The notes below the pieces were generated by a model that did no database searches, had not been told where the DNA came from, and was given only the letters and a program-made list of their open reading frames with translations. A stretch of 42,198 nucleotides of DNA from a virus (Duplodnaviria > Caudoviricetes), in IMG/VR virus record IMGVR_UViG_3300048578_000205, positions 1 to 42,198 of that record; one strand, given 5' to 3'. Shown here in pieces: positions 19,257 through 26,898 of this stretch. The position numbers were made by a program, and so were the translations under genes. The first letter of the stretch is position 1; every line of letters starts with the position of its first letter.

Positions 19257-19316
19257 AAGATAGCCTCAGGAGCCCGGTTTTGTCTCGCCTCTCGATGTCT
19301 CACCGAAAAATGTCTC
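19257..19316 (-). promoter_or_regulatory. Putative late promoter with three GAGACA direct repeats at exact 15-bp spacing
   Basis: TGTCTC on + at 19281, 19296, 19311; on the minus strand the proximal GAGACA lies 18 bp upstream of TATCTT (19257-19262). Confidence 0.55.
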
Positions 19317-19435
19317 ACGCAGGGAATTTGCTTGACAACGAAGCGACGCGGCGATTGTCCACTCAATCCCGTTGGCAGCCATATTGATATGGCGCAGCGA
19401 GATGAGAGAATGCGCCAATCATTAATTCACTGCTG

Positions 19436-20116
19436 TCAGATGCGCGGCTCAGCCAGAGTTGCCGGAAGCGCCACCAGAATGGCGGCGAGACCAGCGAAGA
19501 AATCTTCCTGCGTAGCGTCGGATAGTGAACTGGCCACGAACGGTATCCAACGCTGAAAATGACCGTCGACAAAGGCGTATCTCTGCGCGAGGCGTTTATG
19601 GGCCGCATCAATATCGCCGGCTTGCAGGGCAAGCAGCGCTTCGCGCGTCAGGAACCAAAGAAACTCCAGTTCGATGCCGATGTAGTCGTCCGGCTCTTGG
19701 TTCAGCGCCTCGACGGCGAGGCCCGCTTCCAGATAACTCGCCCTGACCGAGAGCGTATCCTGCGTCATCAATGCCTTGGAGCGCGACAGATGGAAGGATG
19801 CGAACGGCACGACCGGCATTTGGCCTGGCCCCTCGAACAGTCGAGTGTACTCGATCCGCAACTTCTCGCCGAACTGGTCTGATTCCGCGATGCCGACCTC
19901 AACAGCATGGATCATCCGCCCAAGCCCTGCTGACGTTGGAGAAGCGCCGTCCAGGTCGACCGCGTCGATCCCACCTACGATGGCCAAGAACTCGTCAGTA
20001 AGGCCGCCGATAAAAAAACGGCGCAATAAGTCCAGAAGCCCTAGCTGCAATTGAAGAACGGACGCGCCCTGCGGCGCGTCCGTCAATGAATTGCGGGGGT
20101 GTGCGTTGTCAGTCAT
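19436..20116 (-). CDS. TorD/DmsD-family redox enzyme maturation chaperone
   Basis: EYTRLFEGPG..PVVPFASFHL, EPDDYIGIELEFL and HFQRWIP motifs. Confidence 0.9.
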   Translation of the reverse strand: MTDNAHPRNSLTDAPQGASVLQLQLGLLDLLRRFFIGGLTDEFLAIVGGIDAVDLDGASPTSAGLGRMIHAVEVGIAESDQFGEKLRIEYTRLFEGPGQMPVVPFASFHLSRSKALMTQDTLSVRASYLEAGLAVEALNQEPDDYIGIELEFLWFLTREALLALQAGDIDAAHKRLAQRYAFVDGHFQRWIPFVASSLSDATQEDFFAGLAAILVALPATLAEPRI

Positions 20117-20119
20117 TCA

Positions 20120-22972
20120 TCAAGCCTTGGTGATTTTGACGATCATGTCAGCGAAGGCCGGGAAGCCCATGATCGGCGACAGCGCGTCCGGATCAACCAG
20201 TTCGTTATGCAGTGGCGTGTAGGCGCGCGACTGATAGGCCGGGCCCATGCCGGGGCTGAACCGACCGCCGGCACCGAAGCCCATCTTGATCACGCCGGGC
20301 CGCATGCCGCCGGAGACGAACACCTTGCCCTTCGTCGACTTGCCGAGGGGATTAGCCACCTTCACAAGCATTCCGGTCTTTACGCCGAGCCGCTTGGCAT
20401 CGTCGGTGTTCATCCACACGGTGCCCACCGAGTAGGTGTTCTTGGCGAACTTCTTCTTCGACGTCTTCATCGGCTCTTTGCCGGTCGGCTGTGCGTTCGG
20501 CACCTCTGCCTCGAAGGCATCGTTGACAGGTTGCCACGTGCCTTCGGCCTTGATCTCCCCGAGCCAAGGCAGCATCTGCGTGCCGCTCATGGCATGGTGA
20601 GTCTTGCCGCAGATGAGCTGGAACGGATAGTCCTTGGCGTACTTCTTGTAGTCCGGATTGGTGTGGGGATTCCACACCGTCTCGAACCAGTAGAACGTGC
20701 TCGGGTATTTGTTGAAACCGACCCGCTTCAGTCCGAGGGGTACCTCGCCTTCGGCTTTCTCGATCTTCTCGTTGTAGGAACGGTAGTGGCCGAAGCGCTT
20801 GTCGCCCTCCTTCCAGTCGAACTTGAATTCGATGCGGCGGGTCGAGGTCGGCGGGAAGACGCCATTCGGCTCGTCGGCGGAGACCTTCTTGTAACGCCGC
20901 CAGCTCATCGGCCAGACGGCGACGCCCTTGTTCTGGCGCAGCCACTCGACCGTCAGCGGCTTGCCCTGGATGACCTTGCGCTGGTCGTCGATCTTCACTT
21001 CACCCTTTTCCAGGGACTCGGGCGTCCCGAGGATCGTGTAGCCCTCCGGATATTGCGGATAGGGCAGTGGCGTGCCGATGTTGGCGCGGCCGGGGGCCGG
21101 TGCCAGCATCTCGTTGACGAAGTCTTCTTCGGTCTTGTACTTGCCCCAGAAGTCCTCCGCCTTGAGGTCGGTATCGCCAAGATCGGCGAGCCGCTTCGCC
21201 AGCAGGTTCATGATCGTCGTCGGATTCTTGCTCTCGTGGAGAGGTGCGATGACGGAGTCACGATTGTAGATCAGCGGGTGCGACGGATAGATGTCGGACA
21301 CGCTCTGGCGTTCGGCGTAGCTCGCCTCGGGCAGCAGAACGTCGGCATAGAGCGCGCTTTCGAGGTACAGCGTGTCGATGCAAACAAACAGGTCGAGCAG
21401 ATAGTTTCCGCTCTTGTCCTTGGCGGTGACCGCCTGCTGCCACTTGTACGGTGCGCTGCCGGTGTAGATGCTGTTGCCGGTGCGCAGAATGTAAGCCTTG
21501 ATCGGGTACTTGTGGCCGCGGAAGGCGCCGTAGCGAATGTCGACGCCCTTCATCATGGCATCCGGATAGGCCGCGACCGCATCGTCCCATGCGGCCGGGA
21601 ACTTGCTGCCGAACAGGTCCATATGGAGGTGTTCGACCTCGCCTTCGACTTCCTTGCCGGCGATGACGCGCTTGATCTTGCGCTTGGTGAACTGCCGTCC
21701 CGTGGCGCTGCCGCCCTTCGAGGACTTCACGATCTCCGTGTCGATGGCGCCGCCAGGCACGTCGAAATTACCGGTGATGACGTTGAGGGCGACGCCGATG
21801 ATCGAGGCGCAGTAGCCATTGAAGTGATGTCCGGGCGACTGCATGCCCCACACCAGCGCCGCCGGCTTGGTGATGCCAAACATGTGGGCGAGATCGGTGA
21901 TCTGCTTCGCCGTAAGTCCGGTCCGGTTCGCCGCCCACTCGGCACTGAAATAGTTCAAGCCGTTGACGGGATCCTTCTTGCCCCACCACGACTTGAACGC
22001 GGCCTCGAACTCGTCCCAACCGACCGAATATTTCTTGAAGCTCAGGTCGATGTACTTCTTGTTTGGATCGTTCTGGTTGTCGTTCTCGAGGATGTAGCGC
22101 AGCATCGCTCCGAACAGATCACCATCGGTTCCAGCGCGCGGCGCAAGCCACACGTCGGCCTTGGCCGCCGTGTTGCTGAGCGAGGGATCGATCACGACGA
22201 CCTTGCAGCCGGCCTCGACCTGCGCAGCGACGGTTCCATAGCTCTCATAGGCGATACGGGTGGCGACGAAGGGGTTCCAGCCGTTGTAAATGATCAGCTT
22301 GCTGCGATGGGTCCGATCCCATTTGAGGCTGCCATCCGACTGACGGACGAGCTGCGGCCGCATGATGTCGGGCTCGATACGCTTGCCGTTGAGCATCAGC
22401 TTCGGGCCGTGCCGGCGCGGCGTGTCGCAGATTGCGCCGTGTTCGGTGCAGTTGGGCGTGCCATAGGCGAAGAACAGACGCCAATAGTGGTCTCGGTCGG
22501 TGACGTCACCTGAATCCATGATGACGGATTCGGCGCCGTGCTTCTTCTTGATGTCGCGCAGACGCGTGGCGATGTAGTCGATCGCCTCGTCCCAGGAGGC
22601 CCGGCGGAACTTGCCTTCGCCGCGCTGGCCAACGCGGATCATCGGATACTTCAACCGATAGGGCGAATAGATCAGCTGCTGGCCAGCAGCGCCCTTGGCG
22701 CAGCAGGTGCCATCGTTGAGCGGTACCGCCTTGTTGCCGTAGATCTTCGCCACTTGGCCGTCCTGGACCCAAATTTCCATGCCGCACTCGGCCGGACACA
22801 TGACGTCGGCGGTGTAGCGGATGGTGTACTTGCCGGCTTCGGCTTGGATCGCCTGCGCCTCGGACGGCGACAGTACCTTCAGGGACATGAGGCCGGTCTG
22901 TTCCAGCGCGCCCACACCCAACAGGCTGGCGGTGGATTTCAGGAAGGTCCTCTTGGAGATGTGCATGTTCAT
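20120..22972 (-). CDS. Tat-exported DMSO-reductase-family molybdopterin oxidoreductase catalytic subunit (Psr/Arr-related clade; candidate AnrA-like antimonate reductase)
   Basis: SKRTFLK Tat motif; DVMCPAECG...CCAKG FS0 site; RLKYPMIRVGQRGEGKF; EHGAIC Mo-ligand Cys; ADVLLPEASYAER; C-terminal molybdopterin-binding domain. Confidence 0.93.
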   Translation of the reverse strand: MNMHISKRTFLKSTASLLGVGALEQTGLMSLKVLSPSEAQAIQAEAGKYTIRYTADVMCPAECGMEIWVQDGQVAKIYGNKAVPLNDGTCCAKGAAGQQLIYSPYRLKYPMIRVGQRGEGKFRRASWDEAIDYIATRLRDIKKKHGAESVIMDSGDVTDRDHYWRLFFAYGTPNCTEHGAICDTPRRHGPKLMLNGKRIEPDIMRPQLVRQSDGSLKWDRTHRSKLIIYNGWNPFVATRIAYESYGTVAAQVEAGCKVVVIDPSLSNTAAKADVWLAPRAGTDGDLFGAMLRYILENDNQNDPNKKYIDLSFKKYSVGWDEFEAAFKSWWGKKDPVNGLNYFSAEWAANRTGLTAKQITDLAHMFGITKPAALVWGMQSPGHHFNGYCASIIGVALNVITGNFDVPGGAIDTEIVKSSKGGSATGRQFTKRKIKRVIAGKEVEGEVEHLHMDLFGSKFPAAWDDAVAAYPDAMMKGVDIRYGAFRGHKYPIKAYILRTGNSIYTGSAPYKWQQAVTAKDKSGNYLLDLFVCIDTLYLESALYADVLLPEASYAERQSVSDIYPSHPLIYNRDSVIAPLHESKNPTTIMNLLAKRLADLGDTDLKAEDFWGKYKTEEDFVNEMLAPAPGRANIGTPLPYPQYPEGYTILGTPESLEKGEVKIDDQRKVIQGKPLTVEWLRQNKGVAVWPMSWRRYKKVSADEPNGVFPPTSTRRIEFKFDWKEGDKRFGHYRSYNEKIEKAEGEVPLGLKRVGFNKYPSTFYWFETVWNPHTNPDYKKYAKDYPFQLICGKTHHAMSGTQMLPWLGEIKAEGTWQPVNDAFEAEVPNAQPTGKEPMKTSKKKFAKNTYSVGTVWMNTDDAKRLGVKTGMLVKVANPLGKSTKGKVFVSGGMRPGVIKMGFGAGGRFSPGMGPAYQSRAYTPLHNELVDPDALSPIMGFPAFADMIVKITKA

Positions 22973-23005
22973 GGATCTGACTCCGAAATCGTTCGCTGGC
23001 TACTG

Positions 23006-23674
23006 TTACGCGGGGTTCACGGTGGCATTGGCCGCCTTGAACACGTCCTGGTCGGACGCGATGTAGTAGACGCGAGGCGAGGTCCCATATTCTTCGTGCA
23101 GGACTTTCACCTTTTCGGACTTGATGAGCTTGGCGATCCGGCTTTCGGGGTCGTTGACGTCGCCGAACACGATTGCCTGGCCGAAGCAGTTGCGGACGCA
23201 GGCGGGCTCTTCCAAGCCCGCTTCGAGGCGTGTCAGGCAGAAGTCGCATTTGTCGACGACGCGCAGGTCCTTGACCGGCTTGTTCTTGAGTGCCGGGACC
23301 TTGGCGTAGAACGGCTTCGGGTCGTTCTTGACCGGAATGCTTTCATGCAGATAGCGGGCGCCGTACGGACAGCCGGCGATGCACTGGCCGCAACCGATGC
23401 ACAGGTCACGATTGACGGCGACAATGCCGTCCTCGCGCTTGGTGGTCGCACCGGGAACCGGGCAAACCATCACACAGGGTGCAGTGTCGCATTGATTGCA
23501 GACGAGCGGCAGGAAGTGACGCTTTGCGTTCGGGAAGTCACCGACATCGGCAATGGATACCCGTGATCGGAAGGTCCCGACCGGGACACCGTTTTCCATT
23601 TTGCAGCTGACTTGGCACGACGTGCAGCCGACGCAGCGGCGCAGGTCGATGAGCATCGCGTACTTTTTCGCCAT
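23006..23674 (-). CDS. 4x[4Fe-4S] electron-transfer subunit (DmsB/NrfC/ArrB family)
   Basis: CVGCTSCQVSC, CNQCDTAPCVMVCP, CIGCGQCIAGCP and KCDFC...PACVRNC; GGGGAG RBS. Confidence 0.95.
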   Translation of the reverse strand: MAKKYAMLIDLRRCVGCTSCQVSCKMENGVPVGTFRSRVSIADVGDFPNAKRHFLPLVCNQCDTAPCVMVCPVPGATTKREDGIVAVNRDLCIGCGQCIAGCPYGARYLHESIPVKNDPKPFYAKVPALKNKPVKDLRVVDKCDFCLTRLEAGLEEPACVRNCFGQAIVFGDVNDPESRIAKLIKSEKVKVLHEEYGTSPRVYYIASDQDVFKAANATVNPA

Positions 23675-23850
23675 TGGCTCCCCCGTTCGTCTGTGCCGCG
23701 CGACTACGGGGGGCGTCGCCGACCAGCGGCTGAAATTACAAGCGACGAAGATGAACTCATGGGTCTAGCAAACTAACAATGCGGTACGTCAAAATCGTTC
23801 CAAAGTGAGGCTCGGCCAAATGCTCCCGTTGAATTTAAGGCATCAAAACA

Positions 23851-23991
23851 CCTCACGTTCGTTGCGCCGTGGCAGAGGGAATCCAACCCGAGGAGTTGAG
23901 ACTGGTGATGCTGCTGGCCATTCCTACTCTCGGCTTGCCTACCGCGGTCAGAACTCTGACCTGGATTGATGATATTTTGGGTTTCGAATAG
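23851..23991 (+). pseudogene. 3' remnant of a carboxymuconolactone decarboxylase/AhpD-like gene
   Basis: Frame reads PHVRCAVAEGIQPEELRLVMLLAIPTLGLPTAVRTLTWIDDILGFE*; in-frame stops at 23830 and 23836 upstream remove the N-terminal half. Confidence 0.65.
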
Positions 23992-24145
23992 CAGCAGGCG
24001 GACGACTGCGTCGGGTTGTTTGTGTCGGAAACGACCATCTTGCTGCGTGAGCCCGCGTCTGAAGCTTCCTATGACCGGACAAAGCCTGACGTGCTGGGCA
24101 ACAAAGCGATTAGCCGACTTCCGCCGTTTAGTGGATCGCGCCATG

Positions 24146-24580
24146 CTATCCGAGCCCATCCATCATCGCCCCGATCACGCGCCGTGACGGCTTCGCCGAC
24201 CCCCTTCGCCCATTGAGCCGCCACGCGATCAGACTGAGCGCGAATTGCCAACGCCGATGCGCGGTCGCTCGCGAGATCCCGAAGCGCCAGCAAATCGCTT
24301 TCCACGGCGTACGATCCGACCGCGCCCAGACGAGCTTGACGTCGTCGGCCGTGAGCCAGCGCAGCCAGGCGAGCGCCTCCTCCATCCGGCTGATCGCGGT
24401 GGGCGACGGTGGCGGCAGCCGCATTGGCTCCAGCTGTTGACCAACGAGGTCGGCGAATTCGACGACCATAGACGGCCAGGTGTTGAAGTAGCCAGGGATG
24501 CGCACCGCCGGCAGGCGGCGCATCACGGCGGCGGCTTCGGCGAGACGTTCCTCAACCATCTCGGCGGTCCAGTTATCCAC
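24146..24580 (-). CDS. DUF6362-type HTH protein, putative late-gene regulator
   Basis: WTAEMVEERLAEAA.VMRRLP, PSPTAISRMEEAL.W, WKAICWRFGISRATAHRRW; GTG start after AAGGAG. Confidence 0.85.
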   Translation of the reverse strand: MDNWTAEMVEERLAEAAAVMRRLPAVRIPGYFNTWPSMVVEFADLVGQQLEPMRLPPPSPTAISRMEEALAWLRWLTADDVKLVWARSDRTPWKAICWRFGISRATAHRRWQFALSLIAWRLNGRRGSAKPSRRVIGAMMDGLG

Positions 24581-24773
24581 GGCTTGTCTCCTTGCGCTCC
24601 GGTGTGTTTCCGTAGAGCTTCTCGCCAAGCTGCCGGACCAACTCCCGCTCGGGCCAGGTCAGTCGCTGGTCATCGATTGAGACGGCGAGCACGCCCTGCT
24701 CTCGCCAGCCCTCGCGCTTGACCTCCTCTGCCGGACGGCGCCTGCCGCCATAGCCGCGTGGTGCCCACCTCAT
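24573..24773 (-). CDS. Conserved small phage protein
   Basis: MRWAPRGYGG.RR..EEVKREGW...ERELVRQLGEKLYG; overlaps both neighbours. Confidence 0.8.
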   Translation of the reverse strand: MRWAPRGYGGRRRPAEEVKREGWREQGVLAVSIDDQRLTWPERELVRQLGEKLYGNTPERKETSRG

Positions 24774-25027
24774 GGCGTCACCTCCGGCAGCAGGGTGACG
24801 TAGCCGATGACGTCGAGGATGCTGTCGCGGTGCCTCGGATCCCGAGCGAGGCGTGCAAGCTTGAGTTCGATCATGCACAGGACGACCTGTGTCGGCGTCA
24901 CTGTGTGGCCCAGCGTTAGCGACCAGCGCGCGGCGATCGCCGCCATGGACATCGCAGCGTGGCCATAGGCCATGCTTCGCTCGTCCATGATCGCGGCCGC
25001 GTCCCGGAGAATCTGATCGGAGGTCAT
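24770..25027 (-). CDS. DUF6378-type small protein
   Basis: ER...YG, VVLCMIELKLARL, H.DSILDVIGY. Confidence 0.8.
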   Translation of the reverse strand: MTSDQILRDAAAIMDERSMAYGHAAMSMAAIAARWSLTLGHTVTPTQVVLCMIELKLARLARDPRHRDSILDVIGYVTLLPEVTP

Positions 25028-25362
25028 GCGCTGACCTCCGCTGCGGTTTCTCCCGCTTGGCTTGCGGCGGCCATCAGGTCGACGACGGCGCCGATGATCG
25101 AGGCGGGTTCGGCGTTGCCGAGCCGGCCCATGCTGGCCGCAAGATCACGGGGATCGACACCGTGCTGAATGAGGCAGGACATCACCACACAGCCGTCGGC
25201 GAGAAGCGCGTCGAGGCTCGATCCCGTCCGCATCCCGTGAGTGAACACCTCTCCGGGGCGTCCGTCGGGATAGAACCCGATCGTCACGGCAAAGCGCGTG
25301 CCGCCATGCTCGACGCTCACAGTCTCGGCGGCACGGCGGTCGGGCAGTCTGACCCGGGTCAT
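25024..25362 (-). CDS. TSCPD-domain protein (stand-alone class II RNR C-terminal-like domain)
   Basis: RLPDRR...VTIGFYPDGRPGEVF...S.LIQHGV...SIIGAVVD. Confidence 0.8.
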   Translation of the reverse strand: MTRVRLPDRRAAETVSVEHGGTRFAVTIGFYPDGRPGEVFTHGMRTGSSLDALLADGCVVMSCLIQHGVDPRDLAASMGRLGNAEPASIIGAVVDLMAAASQAGETAAEVSA

Positions 25363-25823
25363 CGCACGCCCCCCTGGGTCTCGATCGCCCACAGCAGGAT
25401 CGCGATCGCGTCGGCCTCGTTGTCGTCGGCGGGATTGAACCCGCGGCTGCGGACCGCGGCGATCACGGCCGCTTTGTCGGCATTGCCCTTGCCGGCGATG
25501 AAGCGCTTGATCGTGCCGACGGGGACTCCCTGGTAGGCGATGCCGTGGTGTTCACACCAGATGGACAGGACAGCAAGCCATCCCCCATAAGCATGTGCGG
25601 CGTCGACCCCCGCATGCCTGCGCACCTGTTCGTAAGCGACCAGATCGAACCCACCAGAGACATTCTTGATCTCTGTCAGCCACTGCTTGAAGCGAAGGAA
25701 ACGCATCCCCCCGCCCTGCCACCGATCGATCTTGAACTTGGCCGTGCCGCTGGTAATTGACCCGTCGCCGGCGCGGATGGCCCAGCCTGTCAGCTGGCCA
25801 AAATCCAATGCCAGGCACTTCAT
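25359..25823 (-). CDS. RuvC-like Holliday junction resolvase
   Basis: LALDFG..TGWA, YEQV, VGTIKRFIAGKGNADK, DDNEADA acidic catalytic motifs. Confidence 0.88.
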   Translation of the reverse strand: MKCLALDFGQLTGWAIRAGDGSITSGTAKFKIDRWQGGGMRFLRFKQWLTEIKNVSGGFDLVAYEQVRRHAGVDAAHAYGGWLAVLSIWCEHHGIAYQGVPVGTIKRFIAGKGNADKAAVIAAVRSRGFNPADDNEADAIAILLWAIETQGGVR

Positions 25824-26416
25824 TGGAGATGGCCCCAGTTGTGGCCCGCCAGGATCCTGAACACCGATCGCTTGTGCAGGCCAAAGCCATCGGCGATCAC
25901 GGACCGTGGGATTCCGATCGTCTTCATGCGACGGATCGACTTGACGTCGACATCATCGAGGCGGGACATGGGATTGCGAGCACCGAGCAGTGCGGTGCCG
26001 TGCTCTCGGCAATCGCGAAGGTTTTCGCTCTGGGTCGCCCAGCGTAGGTTGCTGGCGTGGTTGTTGGTCCGACTGCCGTCGTTGTGCGCCACCCGATGGC
26101 CCGCGGACGGCTGAGGACCGTGGAACGCCATCGCCACGAGACGATGAACGTCGATCCGGACTTGGACGCATTTTTGCGACAAGCAGACCGAGAAGTAGCC
26201 CGTCTTCCGGTTGCGCAACTGTCGCAAGATTCTCCCGACGTGTGCCCCACACGCAGATCCCACGCGGCGCACTTCGCCGGCGTCGGAGACTTGGTACTCA
26301 GGCCAGCCGGGAATACTGCGCCATTCGGCGCAGGTGTCGGAACCGACACCGGGCAAAACGATCGCTGCGGCCGGCTTGGCCGGCGACAGCGCGAAATCGA
26401 GATTGCTGTTCATCAC
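25820..26416 (-). CDS. NUMOD4-HNH homing endonuclease
   Basis: EWRSIPGWPEYQVSDAGEVR (NUMOD4), VHRLVA..F...VAHNDG.RTNN..SNLRW (HNH), C-terminal HTH. Confidence 0.9.
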   Translation of the reverse strand: MMNSNLDFALSPAKPAAAIVLPGVGSDTCAEWRSIPGWPEYQVSDAGEVRRVGSACGAHVGRILRQLRNRKTGYFSVCLSQKCVQVRIDVHRLVAMAFHGPQPSAGHRVAHNDGSRTNNHASNLRWATQSENLRDCREHGTALLGARNPMSRLDDVDVKSIRRMKTIGIPRSVIADGFGLHKRSVFRILAGHNWGHLQ

Positions 26417-26570
26417 GAAGGCTCACGGAGCGTGGGCCTTCGGCTTTGGTCGGGGACGAAATTACGGCTGGCGAGTCTCCACGATCAAGCAAAAAGGAAT
26501 GGGCACGGTACGAAATCGACGGATCGGGCCATGAGTCGGCGAGTCCGGTGTCCGGAAGATTTCTATCGGC

Positions 26571-26842
26571 GTGTCACCAACCCCCCTCAAAGGTTGGTGA
26601 CACCGCTTTGTGTAGATATTTCAATTGGCTACATCGATGTGTCACCAACCTCGGTGTCACCAACGGGGTCCAAACATATTCGTATAGGAAATGTATGAGT
26701 CCGGCACGGACATCCTTTTCCCCGCGTAATGTATGAAAAGGTTGGTGACGTTGGTGACGTTGGTGACACCGTTGATCTGTCAGCACTTTTCGTGTCACCA
26801 ACCTCTGTTGGAGGTTGGTGACACCGTCGAGGTTGGTGACAC
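26571..26842. repeat. Iteron-like array, ten copies of GTCACCAAC in both orientations; putative replication origin
   Basis: Copies at 26573, 26641, 26656, 26794 (+) and 26593, 26741, 26750, 26759, 26814, 26832 (reverse), flanking AT-rich spacers, just downstream of primase/VapE. Confidence 0.85.
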
Positions 26843-26849
26843 ATCTGGC

Positions 26850-26874
26850 AAAAAAAAGAGCGCCTGAAGGCGCC
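26850..26874 (-). terminator. Intrinsic terminator after the primase/VapE gene
   Basis: Minus strand GCGCC-ttca-GGCGC followed by TCTTTTTTTT. Confidence 0.7.
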
Positions 26875-26898
26875 TAGTCTAAATAATGGAACTGTGTT

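Noticed and set aside
20099-22513. 804-aa plus-strand ORF, and similar long antisense ORFs (1191-2831, 8323-9456, 22538-23566)
   Set aside because: Shadow frames of high-GC genes on the opposite strand; no recognisable motifs
20120-22972. Calling the enzyme ArrA, ArxA or PsrA
   Set aside because: It lacks the (R/K)GRY and xGRGW motifs, has B-A rather than A-B order and has no PsrC anchor; no gene symbol assigned without phylogeny
23829-23846. FNR box upstream of the Fe-S gene (TTGAATTTAAGGCATCAA)
   Set aside because: Half-sites are 8 bp apart, not the 4 bp of TTGAT-N4-ATCAA; no sigma54 GG-N10-GC promoter was seen either; a TTGACG...GCTAGA sigma70-like candidate (23764-23792) has doubtful spacing
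19340-24150. Transposon or IS boundaries around the oxidoreductase cassette
   Set aside because: No transposase, terminal inverted repeats or target-site duplication found by eye
23773-24159. 128-aa minus-strand ORF as a regulator of the cassette
   Set aside because: No motif, no RBS, and it overlaps the more convincing plus-strand CMD-like remnant
26571-26842. CRISPR array plus the Cas4-like gene as a CRISPR system
   Set aside because: Repeats are only 9-12 bp, in both orientations, with irregular spacing; no cas1/cas2 or effector genes; solo Cas4-like nucleases are normal in phage recombination modules
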